Assembly: GCA_963796955.1 (NCBI GenBank)
Contig: CAWCNJ010000005.1
Coordinates: forward strand, 64,001-128,000
DNA length: 64,000 nucleotides
Origin: Endomicrobiales bacterium
GTDB lineage: Bacteria; Elusimicrobiota; Endomicrobiia; Endomicrobiales; JALOBY01
Direction: 5' to 3'
Part shown: positions 40,625 to 50,358 of the stretch, piece after piece
Position numbering within the stretch: the stretch's first letter is position 1
Layout of the letters: every line of letters begins with the position of its first letter
Notes under the pieces: generated by a model
Database searches by the model: none
Told to the model about the DNA's origin: nothing
Seen by the model: the letters and a program-made list of their open reading frames with translations, nothing else
Made by a program: the position numbers and the translations under genes

Positions 40625-41905
40625 ATGCTCGACATTAAGCTTATTCGTGATACTACTGATCTTGTCAAAAAATCCCTCGCTTCCCGCAACGCAACCATTA
40701 ACCTCGACGAACTACTTGAATATGACGCCCAGCGGCGCAAAGTTTTAACCGAACTCGAAGAAATTAAAGCCAAGCGCAATAAGATCTCTGAAGAGGTCGG
40801 CAAATATAAGCGCGAGAAAAAAGAAGTTCCAGCTGAGATAACTTCAGGCATTGAAGCCATGCGCGCCCAGATCGGCGATGGTGAAACGCGCGTTGCCGAA
40901 CTTGAGCATAAGATCGCGGATATTATGCTGCGCATCCCCAACCTGCCCGACGAGAGCGTTCCCGTCGGGAGATCTGCCGACGACAATAAGGTTGTCATGC
41001 AGACGCCACAACCGGCGGCGCCCGCCTTCAAGCCGCTGCCGCACTGGGAAGTGGGGGAGAAAATCGGCATCCTTGATTTCGAGACCGCCTCGAAAATTTC
41101 GGGCGCCCGGTTCGCGATGCTCAGGAACGAAGGCTGTGTGCTGGAACGAGCGATCATCTCTTTTTTCCTGGACACTCATCGCGGCCGCGGCTACAACGAA
41201 GTAATGACGCCCTATCTGGTGAACCGCGCCTCATTGCTGGGCACCGGTCAGCTGCCAAAATTCGAAGAAGACCTGTTCCGCTGCAAGGACGACGATTATT
41301 ATCTTATCCCTACCGCCGAAGTCCCCGTTACGAACATTCACCGCGGCGAGATGCTGGACGAAAAAGCGCTTCCCAAACACTATGTTTCTTACTCCGCCTG
41401 TTTCCGCCGGGAAGCCGGCTCTTACGGGAAAGATACCCGCGGTCTGATACGTAACCACCAGTTCAACAAAGTTGAGCTGGTAAAAATAGTTGCCCCTGAA
41501 ACTTCCATGATTGAGCTGGAAAAAATGACCGCTGATGCCGGCGAGGTTTTACGGATGCTCGGCCTGCCCTACCGCGTTATCGCGCTATGCACCGGCGACA
41601 TGGGCTTTGCTTCCTCAAAAACCTACGACCTGGAAGTGTGGATGCCCGCCGAAAAAGCCTGGAGGGAAATATCTTCCTGCTCCAACTGCAAAGATTTCCA
41701 GGCGCGCCGCATGGAAATGAAAGTAAAATTCACCGACAAACGTAAAGAGTTCGTTCATACGCTGAACGGCTCGGGTGTCGCTGTGGGCCGCACGTTCGCA
41801 GCCATACTGGAAAATTTTCAGCAGGCGGACGGGGCGGTAATTATCCCTGAAGTGTTGCGCCGTTATACCGGCTTTGATATGATACGGCCCCGGAGCGCCG
41901 CATAA
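40625..41905 (+). CDS. serS: Serine--tRNA ligase
   Basis: MLDIK, IPNLP...[59 protein letters not shown]. Confidence 0.98.
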   Translation: MLDIKLIRDTTDLVKKSLASRNATINLDELLEYDAQRRKVLTELEEIKAKRNKISEEVGKYKREKKEVPAEITSGIEAMRAQIGDGETRVAELEHKIADIMLRIPNLPDESVPVGRSADDNKVVMQTPQPAAPAFKPLPHWEVGEKIGILDFETASKISGARFAMLRNEGCVLERAIISFFLDTHRGRGYNEVMTPYLVNRASLLGTGQLPKFEEDLFRCKDDDYYLIPTAEVPVTNIHRGEMLDEKALPKHYVSYSACFRREAGSYGKDTRGLIRNHQFNKVELVKIVAPETSMIELEKMTADAGEVLRMLGLPYRVIALCTGDMGFASSKTYDLEVWMPAEKAWREISSCSNCKDFQARRMEMKVKFTDKRKEFVHTLNGSGVAVGRTFAAILENFQQADGAVIIPEVLRRYTGFDMIRPRSAA

Positions 41906-41943
41906 GATCCCTCTCCCGGGCCGGCCTGTCTATCGTTGGCTAT

Positions 41944-43509
41944 ATGAAACGACTTTTTTTGCTGTTCATATCGCTTGTACTGACGATCACCCTGCCGGCG
42001 GCGTTATGCGCGGGCGCAAATAACACTTCGACATCCCCGACGACCTTTTCAAAGGGCGTCAACGCTTACCTGACGGGCAACTACGATAACGCTATCGCGA
42101 ATTTTAACCAATGCCTCTCTGAAGATCCGCATATGGCCGCGGCGGAATACCTTCTGGGGCAGACTGCGTATGCGCAGGGCAAGACGGAGAAAGCCGCGGA
42201 GCATTATCAAAACGCACTGAAACTGGATTTTCAAATGGGGGAAGCAAGGATCAGGCTGGCGCGGCTGCTTTCCGACCAAAAGAAATACAGCGAAGCCAAC
42301 CGCCAATGGTATAAGATCCTTGCCGCCGACCCGGCCGACAAAGAAGCTCTCGCCGCGAAAAATACCCTTGATGCCATCGTAGGACAAAACGGAAAATACA
42401 CTCCCAGGCAGCCGGGGTCCGCGACCCCCATAGAGCACTCTTCCACAACCGTGAACACGGCACTGCTGAAAGTAGGGCTTGGTGAAGGCATTGCGAGAGT
42501 TGAACTATGGGCGCAAGACGGGTTGATGCTTTCTAACGGAACAACGTTTATCAGCGAAACAACGGGAACGGAATCTCTCACCGTAAATGCCACCTCGCCG
42601 TTCTTTCACAACAGCGCCTGCCTTTTTATTACAACAAAAACCGGTTCCAGCGGTATTGTGATCAAAGAGATCACTACTGCCGGCGCGCAGAGCGCAATGA
42701 CAATGGCCGGCAGGCAATACCGTGGGAAACTGCTGTTGCTTAAAGCGGCGAAGGGGATAACCCTGGTGAATGTCGTAACATACGAAGACTATCTGTATTC
42801 TGTATTACCATCTGAGATGTTGCCCTGGTGGCCGCAGGAAGCGTTGCGCGCCCAGGCGATCATCAGCCGGACGCAGGCGCTCTGCCGGGCACACGTGTTA
42901 AAACCGCACGCCGCTGCCGGTTATGATGTTTGCGCCTGTGCGCATTGCCTGAGCTACGACGGTATAACGGAAGAGGTCAAGACAGCCCATCAGGCGGTCG
43001 ACAGCTCCCGCGGTCTTATCCTTACAAAGAACGGGCAACCCTGCAACGCTCAGTACTGCGAAAATTGCGGAGGCTGTGAACTTTCAAAATACGTATCCAA
43101 CGGCGAAAGCCGATGGACCCGCGTAGTCACTCAAGAAGAGCTGTCCGGCCGGATCAACGCTATTATACCCGTCGGTTCTATCGTAAAGTTGGTCGCCGAC
43201 AAGACATCTGCCTCCGGCCACATAACACAGCTGACCGTAACCGGCACAAAGGATACCGTGATCCTGGATCATGAGTCGGAAATAAGATCCTTGGCACCCG
43301 GGGGTCTGCGCTCAACCAAATTTTCCATCGAGGCCTATGGCAAGGAGAAAGACCTGTCCCAACTGTTCATTTTCCATGGTCTCGGGTGGGGTTCCGGGCT
43401 CGGCCTGTGCCAGGCGGAAGTGGCAGCTCTTGCAGACAAAGGAATGTCGTGTCAAGATATCCTTGCCCATTTTTTTGCTGATATACAATTAAGCGATATA
43501 AACCAATAG
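41944..43509 (+). CDS. TPR + SpoIID/LytB-domain lytic transglycosylase
   Basis: Signal peptide, TPR helices, YRG.L...VN.V..EDYL.SV.PSEM...EAL.AQA..SRT, G.G.G.GLCQ. Confidence 0.88.
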   Translation: MKRLFLLFISLVLTITLPAALCAGANNTSTSPTTFSKGVNAYLTGNYDNAIANFNQCLSEDPHMAAAEYLLGQTAYAQGKTEKAAEHYQNALKLDFQMGEARIRLARLLSDQKKYSEANRQWYKILAADPADKEALAAKNTLDAIVGQNGKYTPRQPGSATPIEHSSTTVNTALLKVGLGEGIARVELWAQDGLMLSNGTTFISETTGTESLTVNATSPFFHNSACLFITTKTGSSGIVIKEITTAGAQSAMTMAGRQYRGKLLLLKAAKGITLVNVVTYEDYLYSVLPSEMLPWWPQEALRAQAIISRTQALCRAHVLKPHAAAGYDVCACAHCLSYDGITEEVKTAHQAVDSSRGLILTKNGQPCNAQYCENCGGCELSKYVSNGESRWTRVVTQEELSGRINAIIPVGSIVKLVADKTSASGHITQLTVTGTKDTVILDHESEIRSLAPGGLRSTKFSIEAYGKEKDLSQLFIFHGLGWGSGLGLCQAEVAALADKGMSCQDILAHFFADIQLSDINQ

Positions 43510-43566
43510 AGCGACTCGTTGCAATTTAGCAAAACAGCCGGATTTTACAGTTATTTTATATTTCCA

Positions 43567-43595
43567 TTGACACCTTGTGGCGCGTAGGCTAAAAT
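43567..43595 (+). promoter_or_regulatory. Sigma-70 promoter of the TolC-RND operon
   Basis: TTGACA-17 nt-TAAAAT. The ORF-track GTG (43577) falls inside the spacer. Confidence 0.7.
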
Positions 43596-43606
43596 ATGTA
43601 TACCTT

Positions 43607-45013
43607 ATGATCCGACAATTTATGATCGTGCTCTGTTCGCTTGGAATATCTGTTTCTATTGCGCAGGCTGCCATTGACCGCGATATGTTCCTGGATACCT
43701 GTCTGAAAGTTGCCGAGGCCAGGGATCCAAAACTTCAGGTCGCCAAGCAGACCATCGAACTGGCGGGCACACGCGCCTTTCGTTCCGGACGAGCGTTTTT
43801 TCCCGCGGTCCAGCTGCAACGTTCGATAGAGAAAGGCGTTACCGCCTCGGGGCCGAATATCACCGCCGAGGAATATCAATCAGAGCAGATCGGCGTCAGG
43901 GTCTCCCAGCCGATCTTTGCGGGCGGCCGGTTCCGCTATACCCATAAATACGACCGCCTCTCGCAGGAAGTGGCGCAACTACAATATACAAAACTGCGGG
44001 AAGAACTGTTTTTCAGGATAAAATCCGCATACTATGAACTGCTGGCGGCCAGAGCTGAGTCAGATAAACTTAAAGATGCATTCACCGACATTCAGCGGCT
44101 CGGCGCGAAAAGTGAAATAGAATATCGCGCGAAGGCAATCTCGGCGCTGGACTTGGAGGAAGCAAAAATATTCCAGGACAAGGTTGAGGCGATGTATAAA
44201 AGCGCCGAACTCAACTCACGTCTTTCCGAGGAAAAGTTACGAGCGATGGTGCATATCAACAGCATCGGCGAGATCATTTATGAACTGCCGACCGACATTG
44301 CCGAGCCGCACGAAATATCGTTCGGTTTGAAAGAGTGCTTCGGTTTCGCTGTCACGAACAATCTGGACGTAAAGATCTCCGAACTGTTCGTGCAGATGAG
44401 CAGACAGAAAAAAAATGTCGACATAGCCCGGGTGCTTCCCAATTTGACCGCTGAAGGTTTTTACGGCAAAAGCGGCGATGCCTATGTAACCGATCCGCTG
44501 GAACTTTCAACGATCTGGACCGCGACGGCACACATAACCTGGGGACTCTGGGGTAATACGTTCGAGGCCACCCAAACACAATCCAAAACCGATCCCTCGG
44601 CTATTGTAGACGCCGGAACGAAGGTCAATGATAACATTCAGGAGCTTAAGCTGGGGCTGCTGGATGACACGAATTACTACGTCGACGCCAAGGAAGACAG
44701 TGTCAATTTCAGCGGAGCGCAGGCTGATAACCAGGAGACCGTTGACAAAGTACAGGTGGAACTGCACAAATCTTACAATGATTACCTCATCTCGCTCTTG
44801 AACGCGCAAACCTCCCGTCAGGAATCAGACTTGAAAGGCAAGAGGCTGTCTGTGCTGCGTAAAAGAAATGAAATGTACGAAGTTACGACGCTTGAAGTAA
44901 TGGACGGGATCGTCCGTCAGGCGGAAGCGATAGCGGCATACTCGAAGGCCCTTTCCGCAAATTATGTTGCAGTCGCGGAATTGGAGCGGATGACCCTGGT
45001 GCCTTTACGATAG
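43607..45013 (+). CDS. TolC-family outer-membrane efflux protein
   Basis: Signal peptide; two OEP repeats (FFPAV.L...QPIF.GG; AYYELL; LPNL...G; VTTLEVMD). Confidence 0.88.
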   Translation: MIRQFMIVLCSLGISVSIAQAAIDRDMFLDTCLKVAEARDPKLQVAKQTIELAGTRAFRSGRAFFPAVQLQRSIEKGVTASGPNITAEEYQSEQIGVRVSQPIFAGGRFRYTHKYDRLSQEVAQLQYTKLREELFFRIKSAYYELLAARAESDKLKDAFTDIQRLGAKSEIEYRAKAISALDLEEAKIFQDKVEAMYKSAELNSRLSEEKLRAMVHINSIGEIIYELPTDIAEPHEISFGLKECFGFAVTNNLDVKISELFVQMSRQKKNVDIARVLPNLTAEGFYGKSGDAYVTDPLELSTIWTATAHITWGLWGNTFEATQTQSKTDPSAIVDAGTKVNDNIQELKLGLLDDTNYYVDAKEDSVNFSGAQADNQETVDKVQVELHKSYNDYLISLLNAQTSRQESDLKGKRLSVLRKRNEMYEVTTLEVMDGIVRQAEAIAAYSKALSANYVAVAELERMTLVPLR

Positions 45014-45048
45014 CACATAACTAATGTACCACCAAAGGACGGATTGTC

Positions 45049-46317
45049 ATGAGCAGGATCATTGAGATCATAGGCGATATCGGATTGAAGCTGGCAACGT
45101 TGCTCAGCAAGGTCATACCGGGACTGGACACATACATTGAAGATTTTGCGGGGTTGATCCGGTGGTCCTTTATCCTGCTTGTTGCCGCTGCCGTTGCGGG
45201 CGGCGGCTGGTTCGGCTGGCAGCATCTCCACGCAAAAAAAGCCGCGGTGGAAGAGGCGGCATCAACCCAGGTACGCGTGGAACGGGCCGTAAAGAAAACA
45301 TATACGGATACATACACCGTCATGGGCACTATTCGCGGGGCGACTGAAAACGAACTGCGCTTTGAGATCGAAGGGACGCTGCTGCACTACAACTTCGCCG
45401 AGGGCGCCAAGATAAGCAAGGGTGCCATCATCGCGCGCATGGATACCAAAGACTCTCTCAGCAAGGTCGCCTACGCGAAAGGGCGCTACAACAGCGAGAA
45501 ATCCACCTATTATTCCGCGGCACAGCGCAGCAAAGTGTATGAAGACCTCTTTAAAATGAACGCTATTTCCGAGACTAAATTACAGGATGCTCGTTTTGAG
45601 GCGGATTCAGCTCAGGAACGGATGAAGGCGGCTCTTTCCGAGTTTGAGCTGGCACAGAGCAATCTTTCCAAAACGAACCTTACGTCCCCCGGCGACGGGA
45701 TCCTGGCCGAAATATTGATCCAGGCGGGTGAATTTGTAACGCCGCACGACGTCGTCGCTAAATTCGTAAGCCAGGGTGATGCAAATTTCGAGGTCGACAT
45801 ACCGGAGAAAGACGTTTCAAAGATAAAGATCGGCTCAAAAGCGAAGATCACCTGCGACGCGTATAGCGGCAAAGAATTTTGGGGAACGGTGCGCGAAATA
45901 GCCCCCACGGTAAAAGAGAAAACGCGCACGACAGAGGTTAAGGTTAACGTGCCGAACGATGACGGAAAGCTGCGGTCCGGCATGTTCGCCCGCGGGGAAG
46001 TGGTGCTTTCCGAGACGTCGGATGCTATTTTGGTTCCGCCAGACAGCATCATTGCATTGGGCACGGATACAAAACTGGTGCCGATAGTTAAGCCAAGCGC
46101 TACCAAACAGGGCCAGGGTATCGTTGAACTGCGCCAGGTCACCATCGCGCAGACAACCGCAAAGGCCGCCGTTATATCTTCCGGCATTAAACCCGATGAA
46201 TTAGTGGTCGTCGAGACCCAGGGACAGCTTTCCGACGGACTGCCGGTGCAATTTACAGAAAACACGCCTGCCGAACCGACACCGGCAGCAGCGGGAACGA
46301 ACACCGCCGCACACTAA
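45049..46317 (+). CDS. RND periplasmic adaptor (membrane fusion protein)
   Basis: TM anchor, G.I...L.FE..G, lipoyl halves, SP.DG, TRT..V...N.DGKLRSGMF. Confidence 0.92.
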   Translation: MSRIIEIIGDIGLKLATLLSKVIPGLDTYIEDFAGLIRWSFILLVAAAVAGGGWFGWQHLHAKKAAVEEAASTQVRVERAVKKTYTDTYTVMGTIRGATENELRFEIEGTLLHYNFAEGAKISKGAIIARMDTKDSLSKVAYAKGRYNSEKSTYYSAAQRSKVYEDLFKMNAISETKLQDARFEADSAQERMKAALSEFELAQSNLSKTNLTSPGDGILAEILIQAGEFVTPHDVVAKFVSQGDANFEVDIPEKDVSKIKIGSKAKITCDAYSGKEFWGTVREIAPTVKEKTRTTEVKVNVPNDDGKLRSGMFARGEVVLSETSDAILVPPDSIIALGTDTKLVPIVKPSATKQGQGIVELRQVTIAQTTAKAAVISSGIKPDELVVVETQGQLSDGLPVQFTENTPAEPTPAAAGTNTAAH

Positions 46318-46356
46318 TCCTTCACCGGATTCGATCTCAAAGAGCATCGAACCACC

Positions 46357-49300
46357 ATGATAAAACTCGGCATTAAAAAGCCTGTCACCACGCTGATGCT
46401 GGTGATCGCCATAGTTATCTTTGCAGCCGCCTGCCTTCCCCGTATACCGGTAGAACTATATCCTAATTATGAACTTGGGGAAGTAAGCGTTATAACCCGC
46501 CTCAGAGGCGGCATCGCCGCTACCGAAGTGGAAAGCAACGTAACCAGACCCATGGAATCGGCGTTCGCCGAGGTCAACGGGCTCAGGGAACTCTCATCAG
46601 CTTCCCGCGAATCAGAATCTAACATAGTCATGAAGTTCAAGCCCGGCGTTAACCTTAACTTCGCCGTTCTAGACGTGCGTGAAAAACTCGCCACTATCCG
46701 TTACCTGCTGCCCAAAGAAGTGGAACGCCCCACGATAGCCAAATTCCAACAGTCAGACTCCCCGATCGTTATTGTCGCCATGAGTTCCGATAAACACTCT
46801 CCTGAGCAACTGCGCCAGATCGCCGAGGATAAAGTAAAAGAGAAACTCGCCCGGGTCCCCGGAGTAGCCAACATAGAGGTCGGCGGCGGCCAGGAACGCA
46901 AAATACTAATAGATATAGATAATTCAAGGCTGCTGTCTTATAACCTGCCCATCATGAGCGTTGTAGACACCATCAACACTTCGAATATTTCTGTCACCGC
47001 CGGCGACGTGGAAAAAATGGGCGAACGGTTCGTCGTGAGAGCGACCGGCGAATACACCAGCATGTCGCAAATAGAGAACATGGGTATTGGTATCACGAAA
47101 TCCGGTTCCATTATCCGCCTGAAAGATATCGCCACGGTACGTGACAGCTTTTACGAGCCGACATCATTCGCCCGGCTGAACGTGAAACCGGTGGTCTCCC
47201 TGTACCTGCAGAAAGAATCTGCGGCGAACACCATTACCGTCGGAAGAAAAACACAGGAAGTGGTGGAAGCGCTGCGCAAGCAGTTCGCCGGCGAGTTTAA
47301 CGTTACGATCATAAAGAACGACGCTGAATTCATACAAAGCGCCATCGACTCCCTGGAAAGCTCGGTGCTGGAAGGCTCCGTCCTTATTATCGGTATCCTC
47401 CTGCTGTTCCTGAACAATTGGCGAACGATAGGCATAATCTCCACGACATTGCCCATCTCTCTTATGCTGGCCATCGTTCTCATGTACGCCTCCGGTCTCA
47501 CCTTTAACGTCATGACGCTTTCAGGCCTTGCCATGGGACTAGGGAACCTGATGGATAATGCCATACTTATCTTGTTGAACCTGGGATATCACGAAAAAAG
47601 GGGAAAATTCAACTCAGTCGAAGAATTAGTGATAAAGGGCACCGAAGAATTGGTAATGCCGATACTCGCTTCCACTATTTCGACGATAATAGTCTTCCTG
47701 CCTATCGTTTTTCTGGATGCCGAGATAAAACGTCTCTACGTGCCCTTTGGCCTGGCCATAGCCCTGTCGCTGATGGCTTCTTTTTTCGGCACCCTGACGT
47801 TCGTTCCCCCGCTTTGCATACGGGTAAAGAACGCTTTTCAATTCGATGTGCCCCGCTGGTACAAACCGGTTGCTAAAAAATACATTAAAATGCTGAACAT
47901 TGCCATGCGCCATCAAAAGAGCATTCTGCTGGCGACCGTGGTACTGTTCGTGCTTGCGGTAGTGATATTTATGACCAGGGACTCCGAATTCATTGAACCG
48001 GGACAGGCCAACACATTCCGCGTCGGCATACAGTTCCCGCCGGGCATGCGTATTGAAGTGACCAACGACATGGTAAAAAAGATAGAAAGTGCCCTTACCA
48101 AGTACCCGATGGTGGATCAGGTCTCCTCAAGAGTTGAGAAATTGCACACGTTCCTCGAGGTACGGGTAACCCGCGACAAAAAACCCTGCATGGACGCATT
48201 CAGAAAACGCTTTCCCGAATTTTCGCCAGCCTTTATGTATTACCAGGAATCCCAGGACAACGCGGGCGCTGAAATGCTGGTGGATTTCTACGGCTACGAC
48301 TACGCCATATTAAAACAACTTGCCTTCGCCGCCTCCGGCCGGATCTCGCAGACACCGGGCTTTACCGACGTGAAAATACGCATGCGCGAAGACGAGCCGG
48401 AAGTGAACTTCGTCGTTAATCAGGCGAATCTGGCACATTTCGGCATTTCTACGTTATATCTAGCGAACACCCTGCACAACCAGCTGCGAGGCCTGGTTGC
48501 CACGTATTACCGCACGGAAGGCAAGGAAATAGAAACGATCGCACGGTTAACACCGGGCACTATCGCCACCACACAGGACATACCGTTCGTACGTTTCGTC
48601 ACCCCTTTTGGGGATACCGTGGCCCTTAACCAATTGGGAGAATCGGCACAGGTCACCACGACGCAGGAAATATGGCATCTAAATAAAAAACGTTTTGTAC
48701 AGATCAGCGCCAACCGCAACAAGCTTGGTATGACAACCGCGGCCGAAAAGATAAAAGAAACCTTTAAAAGCATTAATTTCCCGAAAGACTATACGTACAA
48801 GATCTCGGGCGACTATGAGAAAACATTAAAAAGCCGCACCGATTTCACCATGGCCATGGCACTGACCGTCGTTTTGATCTATTTAACGCTGGCCTCGCTT
48901 TTTGAGTCGTACACCCAGCCGTTCCTGATCATGCTGGCCCTGCCGTTATCCATGATCGGTGTGTCTTTTATGCTCTACACCTTCAAAAAATCGGTAAGTC
49001 TCGGCGTGTGGATAGGCATGATGATTTTGGGTGGCACCGTCGTAAACTCCTCGATCATCCTTGTGGAAAAAATAAACCAGGTGCGCGAAGAAGGCTATGA
49101 ACTGCTGCACGCGATCATCCTTACCTGCCAAGAACGACTGCGCGCGGTTCTCATGTCTTCCCTTAACAACATCTTCGGCCTGATCCCGCTTGTGATTAGC
49201 ACCGACGACGCGGCAGAGATGTGGCGGTCGCTGGGCATGACGGTCATGGGCGGCATGATAACCGGGACATTCTTGACGCTGTTCATTGTCCCCATAACCT

Positions 49301-50358
49301 ATTACATCGTTGAAACGACCGTTAACCAGCCGGAATTCTGGACGGTAGCCTATCACGCAGAACGTCTCAGCGCGCGAAGAAAGACCGCGGCAGAACGAAA
49401 AGCGCTGAAGCCGGTGCCGTTACCGCCGCAACCGGAGCCGGTACTGGAACCAGCCATGGCGGCAGCCGAGAAAAAACCAGGTGTTTTCAAACGGTTTTTC
49501 CGTTTTATCAATATATTTGGACATCTGTACCGGCTGGGCACATGGGTATTTACCAGGAAAAAGCACGCTGACGAGCCAATTTCAACAGCCTTGATGATAC
49601 TGCCGCCGGTCACACCGGCAGCGGCTGCGGCGGCTGAACCGAGTGCGCCCGCCGAGCCGCTTGTCTCAATCGAGCCGAATATCTCTGTCGAACCGTCCGC
49701 CCCGACCGAGCCGATCGCAAGCCACGAGATCGTTATGACGCCTGAGCCAGTACCATCTATTGCGAATGCGCCGATTGCGGCGGAACCGGTAATATCTAAA
49801 ACGATGCCTGAAAATATTTCGAAGGCAAAACGAGGATTCTTCGGTTATATTTTGGAAGAAGTCCTGGGAATGAAACGCGAGACAAAACAGGCGAAACCTG
49901 CGACAACGCAACCAAGTGCGCCGGAATCGGTCGTGACGCCGCCAACAGAACCGCCACCATCTGGATCGGAGACAACTGAACTGACGTCTGCATCTGAGAC
50001 AGAGATGTCGCCGGCCGAACCGCAACACATTGAACTGAAACCGGAACCTGAGGCAGAACCGAAACCGCTCGAATTGAAGCCGAGCGAACCGGATCGTGTT
50101 GAGCAGAAGCCGGAACTCGCGGCTGAACCTGAACCGGTACCGGAAGCACACTCGGAACCAGCCACGGCTGAAGAGGCGATGGCGGCAAATAAAGCGAAAC
50201 ACAGCGCTGTTATAGGCCAGGGGATGTACGAGATCATTGAAGAAGACGAGACTGAAAAACCTGCCAAACGAGGATTCATGGAATATATTAAAGTTGAAAT
50301 GCTGGGCATGGCGCCCACGCCGACTATAAAAAAACGCAAAAAGAAGGAAACAGAATGA
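46357..50358 (+). CDS. RND permease (AcrB/AcrD/AcrF family) with a ~350-aa Pro/Glu-rich C-terminal tail
   Basis: KKPVTT, PVELYP, NVMTLSGLA..G.LMDNAI, FES..QP, ERLR.VLM; low-complexity tail after about 49320. Confidence 0.92.
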   Translation: MIKLGIKKPVTTLMLVIAIVIFAAACLPRIPVELYPNYELGEVSVITRLRGGIAATEVESNVTRPMESAFAEVNGLRELSSASRESESNIVMKFKPGVNLNFAVLDVREKLATIRYLLPKEVERPTIAKFQQSDSPIVIVAMSSDKHSPEQLRQIAEDKVKEKLARVPGVANIEVGGGQERKILIDIDNSRLLSYNLPIMSVVDTINTSNISVTAGDVEKMGERFVVRATGEYTSMSQIENMGIGITKSGSIIRLKDIATVRDSFYEPTSFARLNVKPVVSLYLQKESAANTITVGRKTQEVVEALRKQFAGEFNVTIIKNDAEFIQSAIDSLESSVLEGSVLIIGILLLFLNNWRTIGIISTTLPISLMLAIVLMYASGLTFNVMTLSGLAMGLGNLMDNAILILLNLGYHEKRGKFNSVEELVIKGTEELVMPILASTISTIIVFLPIVFLDAEIKRLYVPFGLAIALSLMASFFGTLTFVPPLCIRVKNAFQFDVPRWYKPVAKKYIKMLNIAMRHQKSILLATVVLFVLAVVIFMTRDSEFIEPGQANTFRVGIQFPPGMRIEVTNDMVKKIESALTKYPMVDQVSSRVEKLHTFLEVRVTRDKKPCMDAFRKRFPEFSPAFMYYQESQDNAGAEMLVDFYGYDYAILKQLAFAASGRISQTPGFTDVKIRMREDEPEVNFVVNQANLAHFGISTLYLANTLHNQLRGLVATYYRTEGKEIETIARLTPGTIATTQDIPFVRFVTPFGDTVALNQLGESAQVTTTQEIWHLNKKRFVQISANRNKLGMTTAAEKIKETFKSINFPKDYTYKISGDYEKTLKSRTDFTMAMALTVVLIYLTLASLFESYTQPFLIMLALPLSMIGVSFMLYTFKKSVSLGVWIGMMILGGTVVNSSIILVEKINQVREEGYELLHAIILTCQERLRAVLMSSLNNIFGLIPLVISTDDAAEMWRSLGMTVMGGMITGTFLTLFIVPITYYIVETTVNQPEFWTVAYHAERLSARRKTAAERKALKPVPLPPQPEPVLEPAMAAAEKKPGVFKRFFRFINIFGHLYRLGTWVFTRKKHADEPISTALMILPPVTPAAAAAAEPSAPAEPLVSIEPNISVEPSAPTEPIASHEIVMTPEPVPSIANAPIAAEPVISKTMPENISKAKRGFFGYILEEVLGMKRETKQAKPATTQPSAPESVVTPPTEPPPSGSETTELTSASETEMSPAEPQHIELKPEPEAEPKPLELKPSEPDRVEQKPELAAEPEPVPEAHSEPATAEEAMAANKAKHSAVIGQGMYEIIEEDETEKPAKRGFMEYIKVEMLGMAPTPTIKKRKKKETE

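Noticed and set aside
43577..43606. ORF-track upstream starts (tolC 43577; also 3045, 6252, 7005, 12465, 18186, 55436)
   Set aside because: They overlap promoters, hairpins or neighbouring genes; downstream starts give better SD or signal-peptide context.
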